Below, piece by piece: positions 1-10,207 of a DNA stretch of 64,000 nucleotides. Origin of the DNA: Candidatus Harrisonbacteria bacterium (GTDB taxonomy: Bacteria; Patescibacteriota; Minisyncoccia; UBA6257; 1-14-0-10-44-23); contig JAHFLF010000002.1 in the NCBI GenBank assembly GCA_023255625.1, forward strand, positions 39,734 to 103,733, written 5' to 3'. Position 1 is the stretch's first letter. Every line of letters begins with the position of its first letter. The translations under genes and the position numbers were made by a program. The notes under the pieces were generated by a model, which ran no database searches, was not told the DNA's origin, and saw only the letters and a program-made list of their open reading frames with translations.

Positions 1-303
1 CATCGCGGCGCGGCGGCCTAGACCGAAGACTCTACGGCCCTCGCCCCGCAGTCGGTCCCCGATGCCCCTTACGAGAGGGATCTCGGGACAGACCACGACG
101 AGATCGGGCTTCTCTGTGGAGGCGAGGCGAGAAATCCCGTCGAGGTCATCGGCCTTCATCGGCCGGTTCTCGCACTTCTCTTCCTCTGCGGTGCCAGCGT
201 TGCCAGGCACCACCAGGACTTTGTTCACGCCAGAGCTTCTGCGGAGACTGCGGGCAATTCGGTGTGTTCGCCCGTCGCTACCTACAACCATGACTGTGCT
301 CAT
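1..303 (-). CDS. purD: Phosphoribosylamine--glycine ligase (PurD), N-terminal part; 5' partial, runs off the window. GC-rich.
   Basis: Reverse-strand translation from ATG at 303: MSTVMVVGSDGRTHRIARSL...NKVLVVPGNAGTAEE...KPDLVVVCPEIPLV, matching the GARS N-domain pattern (V-G-SGGREHA... / V-PGN-GTA). Not in the ORF track because it is truncated. Roughly 62% GC against a ~43% backbone. Confidence 0.55.
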   Translation of the reverse strand, partial: MSTVMVVGSDGRTHRIARSLRRSSGVNKVLVVPGNAGTAEEEKCENRPMKADDLDGISRLASTEKPDLVVVCPEIPLVRGIGDRLRGEGRRVFGLGRRAAM

Positions 304-427
304 GACCTGAGTAACTCCCTTCGAGGCGGTGATGGGCAGCACGACGCGTGCGCCCATCGGGAGTATAGGTCTCCTCGACTACTTTTTGCAACCCTTTTAG
401 TATTTTCTACAAACTACTCACTACCAA

Positions 428-1570
428 CTACAAACTTTCTAAAAAAATCTCCCCGGCGCGTTTCCAGGACAAGCGCGTACTGCCAAGGACGCGGGCTTTG
501 AGTCCCATTTGAGCGAGCTTCTCCGGATCTTTGAGTAGCTCTTGAATCGCGTCAGCAAAAACATGTGGATTGCCGGGCGGGACGAGCTTGCCGGTGATGC
601 CATCATCAACCTGTTCGGGCAGACCACCAACTTCTGTGGCAATCACTGGCCGGCCGATAGCGAGTGCCAGCGAGATCATGCCCGACTGACTCGCCTGCCG
701 ATATGGCAGCACAAGCAGGTCGCAGCCAGCGACAAAGCCGGCGGTTTCGGCGGGGGTGAGCCAGCGGTTTTCAAGGATGACTCCCAAGTCGTGTATCTTG
801 TAGCGCGTATCGTCATCAAGCTCGCCGCGGCCAGCAATTAGCAAGTTTGCGTTAACTCCGCGATTTTTCAAAATTTGGAAAGCATCCACAAGATCAGAGA
901 TTCCTTTGTAGGGCTCTATTCGGCCGATGCAGGCAATCAGCGGCTTGGTTTTTTCAGCAAAGCGCGGGTCAATCTTTATGTCTTTGGTGGCAGAGATGTA
1001 CGCGCCGAGGGGAAGAGCGGTAATCAGCTTGTCAGGTAATCGGGTAATCAGCTCGGAGCGGACGAAGTCGCTATAACAGACAACGGTGTCAGCCGATTTG
1101 AGAAATGATTGCTCAAGATTTTTGGAAAAACTGTTTCGGGTTTCCTTCTCACCAAAAGGATTTTCGTGCGCCGCGGCAAACCACCGGACTTCGCTAAAGC
1201 TTCGACCGGCAAGTCGGAATTTGAGCACGCTATGTGCCCGCGCCACAATCCAGAGCCAGGGGTGGAAGTGGGTGGTGAAAATAGTTAGTTGGTTAGTTGG
1301 TTGCTTGGTTAATTGGAGAATCAACGAAAGAAGCCGTAGTGGGCGGATTAAGGTGCAGCTCCAAAAAATGAACGAAAACGGTGAAGATGAAAAAGTCGGG
1401 ATAATTTTAACTGTACGAAAGCGATTGGAGATAAATTCTTTCTTGAGCTCATTGCCTGCGGCAATAATAATGTCGTGCTCTGTGTGTAGTTCGCACAGTG
1501 CGTTAGAAAACTCCAGAGAGTCCCGCGGCGCCGCACCGGATTTTTGCAGTGAAATAAGTAAAAGTTTCAT
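428..1570 (-). CDS. Glycosyltransferase family 4 (GT-B fold)
   Basis: C-terminal half carries GRIEPYKGISDLVDAFQIL...LLIAGRGELDD and E(Q)VDDGITG, typical of GT1/GT4. The N-terminal region holds an in-frame TAGTTGGTTAGTTGG-type repeat. Confidence 0.7.
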   Translation of the reverse strand: MKLLLISLQKSGAAPRDSLEFSNALCELHTEHDIIIAAGNELKKEFISNRFRTVKIIPTFSSSPFSFIFWSCTLIRPLRLLSLILQLTKQPTNQLTIFTTHFHPWLWIVARAHSVLKFRLAGRSFSEVRWFAAAHENPFGEKETRNSFSKNLEQSFLKSADTVVCYSDFVRSELITRLPDKLITALPLGAYISATKDIKIDPRFAEKTKPLIACIGRIEPYKGISDLVDAFQILKNRGVNANLLIAGRGELDDDTRYKIHDLGVILENRWLTPAETAGFVAGCDLLVLPYRQASQSGMISLALAIGRPVIATEVGGLPEQVDDGITGKLVPPGNPHVFADAIQELLKDPEKLAQMGLKARVLGSTRLSWKRAGEIFLESL

Positions 1571-1763
1571 AATAGGCTGCGCCCCTCCAATATTTCATTT
1601 TCAAGCGGCCGCTTGGAAGTGTAATATTGGGCGGAGTAAATTTAGGGTAAGGAATGACAGCTTATTTATAAAATTGATCAGGTGCTAATTTTAATATCTT
1701 ACCGACATTAAATCAAATGCATTCCCCTCTTATTTATGTTAAGATTTTTAAAATCTTAAGCGC

Positions 1764-3146
1764 ATGCTTTTTAATTCGTTTTCTTACATTGTTCTCTTTT
1801 TGCCGGCAGTTTTTACCATTTATTTTTTGCTTGCGAAATTATATAAAGGCCGCGCCGCACAGTGGTGGCTCGTAATCGCTTCCTTGTTTTTTTACGCTTA
1901 TTGGGATATTCGTTTCCTACCGTTATTGCTTCTCTCGATTTTAATTAATTTTTTTCTCGGTCGCTATCTACACCGGGCCAAACAGCAAGGAGCGCCCGGT
2001 CGCTGGATTTTTATCGCCGGTCTTATTTTTAATATCGGCCTTTTACTTATCTTCAAATATACGAACTTTTTTATTGAAAACGCGAACTTCCTAACCGGAA
2101 GCCACCTTTCGCTTTTCACCTTAATCCTGCCTCTTGGTATAAGTTTTTTTACTTTTACTCAAATTGCTTATTTGGCCGATGTGTACGCGGGCAAAGCCGT
2201 AAGCACCGATATAGCGGATTATTCGCTCTTCGTTACATTTTTCCCGCACCTACTGGCCGGGCCGATAATCCATCACAGCAAAATCATGCCGCAGTTTCGT
2301 GAGCCGGAAAATCATTTAGTGCAACCATCAAATATCCGAACCGGCCTTTTCCTTTTCTTTTCCGGCTTGGCCAAAAAAGTCGTCATCGCTGATTTTTTTG
2401 CAAAATGGGCCGATGCCGGTTTTGGTACAGTCGCGCCGCTTGGCACGACGGCCTGCTGGGTGGCAATTCTCTCCTATACTGTCCAGATTTACTTTGATTT
2501 CAGTGGTTACAGCGACATGGCGGTCGGTGCTGCTCTCTTTTTTAACATCAAACTGCCGATCAACTTTAATTCTCCTTACAAAGCGCTGAACATTCAAGAT
2601 TTTTGGCGAAGATGGCATATCACTTTAGGCAGCTTTTTGCGAGAATACATTTACATCCCGCTGGGCGGCAGCCGCAAAAGTAATCGCACAACTTATCGAA
2701 ATCTATTTCTGGTCTTTCTGATCGGCGGACTCTGGCACGGTGCCGGCTGGACATTTGTGATTTGGGGCGCTTTGCACGGCGCGGCAATGGTTGTCCATCG
2801 TTTTTGGAGCAAAGCCGGATATAAGTTGCCGACTCCGCTGGCCTGGTTTTCCACCTTTCTTTTTATTAATATCACTTGGGTCTTCTTCCGTTCGGGAAGT
2901 TTAACCCAGGCGCTAATCATGCTTCGCTCTCTCTTCACATTTACCCCCTCCCCGACCGCTTTTAGCTGGACGATAGTGGCTGCGCTTTGCGGAATCTTTG
3001 CTTTTATTCTATTGCTTAAAAATTCCAACTATTATGCCGAAAAATTCCGGCCCTCACTCATTGGCACAGTGTATCTCTACGCGTTATTTTTTATCGGATT
3101 TTACTTTCTGAACAATTTTTCACAATTTATTTATTTTAATTTCTGA
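1764..3146 (+). CDS. MBOAT-family membrane-bound O-acyltransferase (AlgI/DltB/PatA-like)
   Basis: Multi-TM protein with W..W.ITLGSFLREYIYIPLGG and the conserved His region characteristic of MBOAT. Confidence 0.8.
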   Translation: MLFNSFSYIVLFLPAVFTIYFLLAKLYKGRAAQWWLVIASLFFYAYWDIRFLPLLLLSILINFFLGRYLHRAKQQGAPGRWIFIAGLIFNIGLLLIFKYTNFFIENANFLTGSHLSLFTLILPLGISFFTFTQIAYLADVYAGKAVSTDIADYSLFVTFFPHLLAGPIIHHSKIMPQFREPENHLVQPSNIRTGLFLFFSGLAKKVVIADFFAKWADAGFGTVAPLGTTACWVAILSYTVQIYFDFSGYSDMAVGAALFFNIKLPINFNSPYKALNIQDFWRRWHITLGSFLREYIYIPLGGSRKSNRTTYRNLFLVFLIGGLWHGAGWTFVIWGALHGAAMVVHRFWSKAGYKLPTPLAWFSTFLFINITWVFFRSGSLTQALIMLRSLFTFTPSPTAFSWTIVAALCGIFAFILLLKNSNYYAEKFRPSLIGTVYLYALFFIGFYFLNNFSQFIYFNF

Positions 3147-3150
3147 TTTT

Positions 3151-4116
3151 ATGAATTTTAAAAAAATCATAAATGACAAAGCTCTTATTTGCATCTTTGT
3201 CGCGCTCGCGGCATCAACCCTGATGTTAGGATCCACTCTATTTTTGCTAGATATTTCAAGAAGTAGCGATGACGAGCTAAGAAAATTTCGAATTGCAAAG
3301 CTCACGGAGCCCACCGCCGTAAGCACAATAATTATCGGCGACAGTTCCGCCGGCGCAGCTCTGAATAGCTCCCTTTTTTCTAAACTTTCCGATCGTAGCA
3401 CTAAAAATCTTTCCCTGACTGTTGACGACGGAATTGTCGGGAGTTATTTGATGCTGGAAAAAGCATTGGCCGTTCATCCGGAGATCGAAACGGTCATCAT
3501 AATGCAGACTGCGGATGTTTGGCGCAAGCATTTTTCTAGTGAGGCGTATTTTGAACTAACCCGCCGGCCTGATTTCTGGCCCGGGCAGACCCGTTTTAGC
3601 TCCAGCACATCACTCATCGATTTTATGGCATACGCGACCGACCTGCACCGGCCACTTCGCGTAATCAATTACGCAGCGAAAAAGGTGTTTAATCCGCAAT
3701 GGCGCATTAGTGTTGATCCGGAGCTTGAGCAGGTAACACAACTACCGGAAACCTTTGCCGGCGGGCAGCTGCAAGTTGAGCCGTCATTTCGCCTATCTCG
3801 AACCATGGAGCCGGTTCAAATTTCATCATTCAAAATGATTGACCAGTTATGCGCGCGCCGTTCCCTGCGATGCGTTTTCCTTTTCGGCCCCATTCATGAA
3901 GCGGTCATTAAAAATTCGCCTGCGGAGCTAGCGGAGATTATTCATAATGTTACCGAGATCGCAAAACATATAAAAGTTATTCAAACAGTCCTGCTGCTAA
4001 AAAATGAGCAGGTGGGCGACACAATCAACCATGTGCTGCCGGCGTATAAAGACAAGATCACGGAAAAAATCTATCGAATTATAGAAAACGATTTAGCGTC
4101 AACTGACAGAAAATAA
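3151..4116 (+). CDS. Putative SGNH/GDSL-like partner of the MBOAT protein (DltD/AlgJ-like), N-terminal anchor
   Basis: Starts 5 bp after the MBOAT stop. N-terminal TM helix, then IIIGDSS (GDS-type) motif. Adjacency to an MBOAT gene is the classic two-component O-acetylation arrangement. Confidence 0.4.
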   Translation: MNFKKIINDKALICIFVALAASTLMLGSTLFLLDISRSSDDELRKFRIAKLTEPTAVSTIIIGDSSAGAALNSSLFSKLSDRSTKNLSLTVDDGIVGSYLMLEKALAVHPEIETVIIMQTADVWRKHFSSEAYFELTRRPDFWPGQTRFSSSTSLIDFMAYATDLHRPLRVINYAAKKVFNPQWRISVDPELEQVTQLPETFAGGQLQVEPSFRLSRTMEPVQISSFKMIDQLCARRSLRCVFLFGPIHEAVIKNSPAELAEIIHNVTEIAKHIKVIQTVLLLKNEQVGDTINHVLPAYKDKITEKIYRIIENDLASTDRK

Positions 4117-4170
4117 CCGGTTATCCGGCAAGATTTTTTTCTTTTCCGCCGGGTAATGTTTCCATCGCAT

Positions 4171-4797
4171 CTAAATTATCAGTTGATATACCTCAAAACC
4201 CTCAAAATATTTTCCTCCATGGTAAATCTGCAAGGCCATAAAATCAGCCAAACCTTTCACTGCCCGGTCCGCCATATAAACATTGGCTCCTTGAGAGTGA
4301 TGAATTTTTGTGGCTTTGGTTTTGAGATTAATCGTCGCGGTAACATCAACATACATATTCGGTGTAAATTGCCGATTCGAGCTCGGCGTTTGATAATATA
4401 AAATCATTGGCACAAATCGCCCTGCTGAAACTGCCGCCCGGGCAACTGCGCGATGATCCTGGTGGGTGTCGTTTGGAGAATTGACAATAATGCAGGTCGG
4501 TTTGAACTCTTTGATGACATGCTCCAGCATGGAGATCGTTGGATGTCCCTCCGGAATTGCGGTATCCGGTAGTTCACCAAAATACACTTTGGCATTAATC
4601 AGTTTCGCCGAGGTGAGCGCCTCATCGCGGCGCTTCTGTTCCTCGCCGCCAACTCCGCCGCAGGTTGCCACAAAATGAGCAATCCGACTCCCGTGCTTTC
4701 TATATTTTGCGAGAGTACCAAAACAACCTAGCTCAATATCGTCCGGGTGCGGTCCGATTGCTAAAATCCGACTGAATAATTCGGTAGGTTTTTTCAT
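4171..4797 (-). CDS. PIG-L/LmbE-family N-acetylglucosaminyl deacetylase
   Basis: ILAIGPHPDDIELGCFGTL (AHPDDE-like motif) and a downstream HQDH motif. Confidence 0.75.
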   Translation of the reverse strand: MKKPTELFSRILAIGPHPDDIELGCFGTLAKYRKHGSRIAHFVATCGGVGGEEQKRRDEALTSAKLINAKVYFGELPDTAIPEGHPTISMLEHVIKEFKPTCIIVNSPNDTHQDHRAVARAAVSAGRFVPMILYYQTPSSNRQFTPNMYVDVTATINLKTKATKIHHSQGANVYMADRAVKGLADFMALQIYHGGKYFEGFEVYQLII

Positions 4798-4843
4798 ACA
4801 AAAAATTATATCATGATTTTTAAAATTTGCAAGAGAAGCATCA

Positions 4844-5566
4844 TTACTTTTCCACCCGCTTCATCAAAAAATCATAACCCTCAAGCACAGTCATCAAACG
4901 AAAACCGAGCGCATCGAGCTCACTTAAAGTTTTTAAATAATCGGAGCTGTAATCGCCGTTTTGGGTTGGCCAAATTTCGATCAAAAGATAATCAGTCTGG
5001 CGCAGCATCATTTGTGCGCCAGCAATCACCTCTTGCTGCACGCCCTCTACATCGATTTTCATAAAATCGATACGTCCGATATTTTCTTGTTTTGCTATAG
5101 CATCCAGTCGTTCCAGTTGAATGGTTTCCTGACCGATATGTATTTTTTGCTCCATTGTCAAAGAGCTACGGTCAGGATTTGGGTGGAGATTGAGCCGTCC
5201 CTCGCTCGCCCTGCTGAATAATCCAATTTTAAAGAAAAGGACGCGTTCGCCAAAGCGTTTTAATTTTTTGCGCGCGGCTAAGAATGAAGAGGTCTGCGGC
5301 TCAAAAAAATACACGCGTGCTGCGGGAAATTTTTTTAAATAGGCAAAGGTAAATTCACCGTCTGCTCCCCCAACCTCGACGATCGTTTTCATTATTTTCC
5401 CCTGTTTATGTTGGTCTTTTGCAATAATTTCCATTGCCAGGTGAATGCCGTTTTTACCGACAAGTGCGTGCTTAAGCGGGCGCAGGATGCGCTTGGCTGT
5501 TTTTACGGACTGGTATCCGAAAAATTGATCTGCGAAAATACCGTATAGTTTATCTAAAAATCCCAT
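4844..5566 (-). CDS. FkbM-family SAM-dependent methyltransferase
   Basis: VEVGGADGEFTFAYLKKFPAARVYFFEP...KIDVEG pattern of FkbM methyltransferases. Confidence 0.7.
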   Translation of the reverse strand: MGFLDKLYGIFADQFFGYQSVKTAKRILRPLKHALVGKNGIHLAMEIIAKDQHKQGKIMKTIVEVGGADGEFTFAYLKKFPAARVYFFEPQTSSFLAARKKLKRFGERVLFFKIGLFSRASEGRLNLHPNPDRSSLTMEQKIHIGQETIQLERLDAIAKQENIGRIDFMKIDVEGVQQEVIAGAQMMLRQTDYLLIEIWPTQNGDYSSDYLKTLSELDALGFRLMTVLEGYDFLMKRVEK

Positions 5567-5597
5567 AGCGCAATCGTATTACAGAAGATTAAGTAAA

Positions 5598-6263
5598 TCA
5601 ATAATCTCCATTCATCAGAAAATCTAATTCTGAACAATAAGGCAAAAACGGCTCATATTGTTGCTGGTATGGTTTTTGCATTATTTCTTCCGGAGTGAGA
5701 AAAATCACTTCTATGTTATTTTTATTAAAATCCTCTACTCGCAGGTTATCCTTTGCCCAGGATGTGCCGGTATAGTATTTATCGGCCTTCAGTGCCAGAC
5801 AAATTTCTAATACCTTGTCTGATCCCTTGCTCGCAATACGCATCTCCGATGCAAAAGTGATGGTCGCGCGCAGATTCAAAAGTTCCTTGAAAAGAATGAT
5901 TAGGTCGGCGTTTAATGCAACCAGATATTGGTGATTTTTAGAATAAACCGCGGCTATTTTTGGAAACACATTTTGGAAATTTTTTGCGCGGCTGTAATGC
6001 ATTTCTATTTTTTTCAAATGCCCGACTCTCCAGTCTTTTGTAGTGTCAACGAGTATGTCTTTGATTAAAGTCTCTCTAGGTTGATGTTTCACCGGTACAG
6101 TCAGCCACTCCTCTCCCTTCTCGGTCCGAATCTTAACCCGATTATGGTATTCTTTTCGCTCGTACTGGACATCGTCAAATAAAACAAAGCAGTCGCACAA
6201 AACCATTTTGCCAAAGAAACCCGACCAGGGCATAAAATTTGGTTGATGTATACCGACCTTCAT
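5598..6263 (-). CDS. WbqC-like family protein (polysaccharide biosynthesis accessory)
   Basis: MKVGIHQPNFMPWSGFFGKM... matches the WbqC-like N-terminus (MKVAIMQPYFFPYIGYF). Overlaps the downstream gene by 4 nt. Confidence 0.65.
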   Translation of the reverse strand: MKVGIHQPNFMPWSGFFGKMVLCDCFVLFDDVQYERKEYHNRVKIRTEKGEEWLTVPVKHQPRETLIKDILVDTTKDWRVGHLKKIEMHYSRAKNFQNVFPKIAAVYSKNHQYLVALNADLIILFKELLNLRATITFASEMRIASKGSDKVLEICLALKADKYYTGTSWAKDNLRVEDFNKNNIEVIFLTPEEIMQKPYQQQYEPFLPYCSELDFLMNGDY

Positions 6264-7297
6264 ATTTTTTTTATTTTTAAATACTTTTGAATATTTTCCA
6301 GGTGCTTCTTACAGACCGCCTCCGGACTATGAATTTCATTAATGTAGCGGGCATTTTTTTCAACGAAATCTAAGCGGAACTGCGGATTGGCCAAAAGCCG
6401 CATCGCTAGCTCCGGCAATTTTTCCATCGGTACTTTAATAATTTCGTAGTTGTCGAGCGTCACAATTGGTTTTTTACAAGCCATAACCTGCATCGGCAGA
6501 AGTGAAAGCGCGCCAATCGCAGAATCGCCAAAGACCAGATCGCTGCCCCGAATAACTGCCGCTAATTTTGGCTTGTCCATATACGGAAGCCAGGAATAAT
6601 TGGGGGAGTTTTTAGTTACTTGTTTGTAATGAGCAGTTAATTCCCCGGTTTCAAGCAAATGTAGCACTGCTTCCGGATATTTCGGCAGGATATTTTTTTC
6701 AAAAATATCAAAAACAAATTCTATTTTTTTATCACCGTGCAGCCGTGCCGCTAAAAAAATCGCTGGATTACCGGCTAATTTTATAACTGGCCCGGTCGGA
6801 TTAAACTGCTCGGTATCAATCGGGTTTGGCAGCCACTGTGGAGTGCGACCGCACCACTCTGCGATTGGTTTTACTAAATCGGGTGTAGAAACATACAGAA
6901 TATTTGGTTCTTGGATTTTAGCAATCACTTTTTTCTCAATCAGCTTATCAAAAAATTTACCAAGCCAAACCTTCCAAGAAGTATGCAAATCTTTCAGGTA
7001 GTCTTGGCCGCGGACACCGATATCAAATCCATGAATTTCAAATATTGATATCTGTTTCGGATATTTTTTGAAAAGTAAAAATGCTTCGGCCCGATTGAAT
7101 TGTACAACATCAAACTTTGCAACCTCGCCCCGAACATACATTTTTTTAAGAAGCAGATAATTCCGCCACACATACGAGATAGCTCTCTCCGGCTTATCAT
7201 ATCCGGGCGGCATAAAAGTAAAATCAAACTGCTCTGATAAATGCGCCTTGAAGAGCTGGTACTGAAAGTAAAAGGAATTAATAAGATATGAGCGCAT
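6260..7297 (-). CDS. Hypothetical protein, possibly a GT-B glycosyltransferase-like fold
   Basis: C-terminal SAIGALSLLPMQVMACKKPIV resembles the E-x7-E/EAMACG-P-I segment of GT4 enzymes. Otherwise unrecognised. Confidence 0.35.
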   Translation of the reverse strand: MRSYLINSFYFQYQLFKAHLSEQFDFTFMPPGYDKPERAISYVWRNYLLLKKMYVRGEVAKFDVVQFNRAEAFLLFKKYPKQISIFEIHGFDIGVRGQDYLKDLHTSWKVWLGKFFDKLIEKKVIAKIQEPNILYVSTPDLVKPIAEWCGRTPQWLPNPIDTEQFNPTGPVIKLAGNPAIFLAARLHGDKKIEFVFDIFEKNILPKYPEAVLHLLETGELTAHYKQVTKNSPNYSWLPYMDKPKLAAVIRGSDLVFGDSAIGALSLLPMQVMACKKPIVTLDNYEIIKVPMEKLPELAMRLLANPQFRLDFVEKNARYINEIHSPEAVCKKHLENIQKYLKIKKI

Positions 7298-7300
7298 AAA

Positions 7301-8152
7301 TTAAAAAAGCATTTTAATGCGGTACTTAAACCAACCAAGCTCGCCGAAATTTGGTCCGCGGGCGTTGCGCCGCGCATATTCATAGGCAAAACTGCCGGAC
7401 TTAGCAGTTAGGAACATTTTAAACGGTAGCGGCAGATATATTTTTTTTGCTTGTTTCGCCGCCCAGGCATGTTTTTCGGTCGTTCTTTTGCATAAATCAG
7501 CGCCGCCGTCTAGAAAAACAGTATTCTCGCGCGGTGGGAGCATTGATGTATATTCCCGACGGTCATCAAGTTGCCACACGACATCTATTTTTTCGGCAAA
7601 ATAACCAGTGAAATCCCAGATCACATCTAATGTTTTCGCGCACAAAGCATCTACTTCATTTTCGGAAATATTCGGAAAGCGAGCCCGAGCATCACGAATT
7701 TTTAAAAGCAGCTCGCGGGCAAAAAATTCATACTCCGGCACCCATTTTGTAATATATTCAACATCATTTAAATGAATTAGTTTTTCACGAACATACCCGG
7801 AAGTTTTTTTGTAGCGATAAAAATTATGTTGAAATGCATAAAAAAATGCGCAGCCCAACTTAATGAAACCGGCATTCTGCGGTGCCGGAGCCGCCGGCGG
7901 TATCGGCTGACCGAAGATACACTCCAGCCCTTCATACGGTAAATAGATTTGCTTGGTTTTAAATTCATCGACTAAGAAAATTTTCCGGATATCAACATCG
8001 GGATAGGAAAATTTTATAGGTATTTCCGCATCGGTGGTTAGGACAACAATCAGATCCAAATCGGAAAGTGGCGAGCCGTCACTAAAACCCGCTCGATATA
8101 CGGCGGCGAGCCGTTCGCCAAAATAATTCTGTAGAGCAGTAAGAACCTTCAT
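7301..8152 (-). CDS. Hypothetical protein with nucleotidyltransferase-like N-terminus
   Basis: GFSDGSPLSDLDLIVVL resembles the GS-x-DxD minimal nucleotidyltransferase motif. Confidence 0.3.
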   Translation of the reverse strand: MKVLTALQNYFGERLAAVYRAGFSDGSPLSDLDLIVVLTTDAEIPIKFSYPDVDIRKIFLVDEFKTKQIYLPYEGLECIFGQPIPPAAPAPQNAGFIKLGCAFFYAFQHNFYRYKKTSGYVREKLIHLNDVEYITKWVPEYEFFARELLLKIRDARARFPNISENEVDALCAKTLDVIWDFTGYFAEKIDVVWQLDDRREYTSMLPPRENTVFLDGGADLCKRTTEKHAWAAKQAKKIYLPLPFKMFLTAKSGSFAYEYARRNARGPNFGELGWFKYRIKMLF

Positions 8153-8158
8153 GCTAAC

Positions 8159-9103
8159 CTATAAATTTTTGAAATACTCGATCGTTTTTAAAAGTCCTTC
8201 GTCCGCAATCAACCGCAAGCACGAGTGTCTCTCGCAAAGTTTTTTTAAAGTTTCGTTATCGGAATCGAAAAGGAATTGCCAGCGCGTTGGATCAACTAGG
8301 GCGAGAGAGCCGTACGGACTATGCTGGGGTAATTCGGCGGTCAGATTATTAACTGCTAACATCGCCTGATATGCCTGTTCGCGCGGTAAAATATATTTTG
8401 CAAACCCCTCTCCGTGCGTTAAAAAGTAAATACCGCCGATCGGACAGGGCGCTACATCACTGCTTTGACCTTCAGGAAACGGAAATAATCTTTCGCCATC
8501 GGTCAATGCGAAATTTTCAGCTAATATTTCCGCATGCAATTCTCTCCGCAATGCGCTAACGAGCGTGCTTTTACCGCTCCCCGGTAGACCGACCGCCAAA
8601 TGTGCCTGACCTCCTATCTTGAAAGCAGCGGCAGAAATACCAACAATCTGCCAGCGCAAAGCGAGCTGCATGAATACGAGCTGCTGCGCGAATAAACGAA
8701 TTAAAGATCGGTAATAATTATTTTTAGTTTTAGAGCCGGAAAAAAATAATCGGTGAGCTAGATATCTAAAAAAATTCTTCTTAAACTTTACTTCGGCGTG
8801 CCACGGCGCAGTTAAGGTTGCTCTGGCCTCGATTTCATTTTCAAAAATGTACAAAGTATTATTTTTCTCATCCCAACCAAGTCCGCCGCCGAGAACATGC
8901 GGAGCATATTGCGACTGATTCAATCTCCAGGAGAAGCCTGGTAAAAATTGAACGACGACATGTACATCCGCTACATAGGCAGCATCTTTCCGCGGAGTAT
9001 CTATTTCAAAACCACGGAAGTATTCTTTAGCAAAAGCCAAAAAATCCCGATTGGAACTGGTGAGCACAAGTTTAACGCCATGAACTAGAAAATGTTGCCG
9101 CAT
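8159..9103 (-). CDS. Hypothetical P-loop NTPase/kinase-like protein (HprK-related-like)
   Basis: Walker-A GLPGSGKST in the C-terminal half. Sits inside the polysaccharide locus. Confidence 0.35.
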   Translation of the reverse strand: MRQHFLVHGVKLVLTSSNRDFLAFAKEYFRGFEIDTPRKDAAYVADVHVVVQFLPGFSWRLNQSQYAPHVLGGGLGWDEKNNTLYIFENEIEARATLTAPWHAEVKFKKNFFRYLAHRLFFSGSKTKNNYYRSLIRLFAQQLVFMQLALRWQIVGISAAAFKIGGQAHLAVGLPGSGKSTLVSALRRELHAEILAENFALTDGERLFPFPEGQSSDVAPCPIGGIYFLTHGEGFAKYILPREQAYQAMLAVNNLTAELPQHSPYGSLALVDPTRWQFLFDSDNETLKKLCERHSCLRLIADEGLLKTIEYFKNL

Positions 9104-9122
9104 AAAAACAGATTAATCTTAC

Positions 9123-10205
9123 TTATTGCAAAGAGACTTGCTTAGCAAACTCCTCTGGGCCGATCATATTCTGTACTTGCATATTAGTCCATTCTGCCAC
9201 ACTAGCCATATCTGCACGAATTGCGGCCGCAAAGTCATTTACGCCGGAGCATAGTTTACCAAGGCCAGATTTTTCTAATTCAGAAAAAATCGGAAGATCA
9301 GAAAACAAAACTTGGCAACCAGCCGCCGCCGCCTCAAGTGCGACCAGTGGAAGTGCCATAGTATGCATTTCGCTTGAAGGTGGTAAAATAACCGTATTTG
9401 TAGCTGCCAAGAAGGAGCGCATCTCTGGAATATTCCGCATAATTCTTATGTTGGCGGGCAACAATGGGTTCATTTCGGAGAGAAATTTTTGAATATGGCG
9501 CTCCTGCCTTGTACCAAACTTTCGGATCGCGAGCGTGAAATCGGCCTCTGGAATCTCGCGCGCCAGTGAAATTGCTGTATGCACGCCCGATTCAACATCG
9601 CTAGAGCTTAAATATGCGATACGGTAGCGATCCGCGCGGATTTTTGGTAAAACATCTTTTTGCTTAGTGAAAAAAACGGGCTCAACTTGATTTTGCTCCG
9701 CAGGAACACCGAGATCAATCAATCGATTAGCTAAATATTTAGAAAAGCAGCGGAAGCGAAGATTTTTTCGATGAGAATTTCTTATAACAAATCTTTTGCC
9801 CGGTCCAGACAGCTCCCGCATCGAAAAAATGCAGACAGTCACCGGCAAATTCTGTAGCTTTCGAAGAACGCTCTGCAGTGCTGGTAAGAAAGACCAGTCT
9901 AGGGAAAAAATAATCAGCTTTTCCGGCTGAAAATCAGTAATTTGGTTCACAATATTTTTTGCTGAAAGAAACCAGTGTAAGTACTTTAAAAAGCGAATTT
10001 TATTTGTAGAAAAGACATATCGTACATCACGGGTAAAAACCCCGGCCTCGCCGATGAACTTTTGATCCGGCCCGTAAGAATTTTGTGAAAAAATAAGCAA
10101 AGTATTCCCTGCTTCGCGCAGCGCACGGCAAGTTTCGTGCGCACTTTTCTGAATCCCTTCAATCAGCGGTTCGTGCTGTTCGGGAGCAAATAAGCAAATT
10201 TTCAT
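9123..10205 (-). CDS. Glycosyltransferase (GT-B fold, GT1/GT4-like)
   Basis: C-terminal LPLVALEAAAAGCQVLFSDLP matches the EA-x-A-G-PV donor-binding segment. Confidence 0.6.
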   Translation of the reverse strand: MKICLFAPEQHEPLIEGIQKSAHETCRALREAGNTLLIFSQNSYGPDQKFIGEAGVFTRDVRYVFSTNKIRFLKYLHWFLSAKNIVNQITDFQPEKLIIFSLDWSFLPALQSVLRKLQNLPVTVCIFSMRELSGPGKRFVIRNSHRKNLRFRCFSKYLANRLIDLGVPAEQNQVEPVFFTKQKDVLPKIRADRYRIAYLSSSDVESGVHTAISLAREIPEADFTLAIRKFGTRQERHIQKFLSEMNPLLPANIRIMRNIPEMRSFLAATNTVILPPSSEMHTMALPLVALEAAAAGCQVLFSDLPIFSELEKSGLGKLCSGVNDFAAAIRADMASVAEWTNMQVQNMIGPEEFAKQVSLQ

Positions 10206-10207
10206 AT

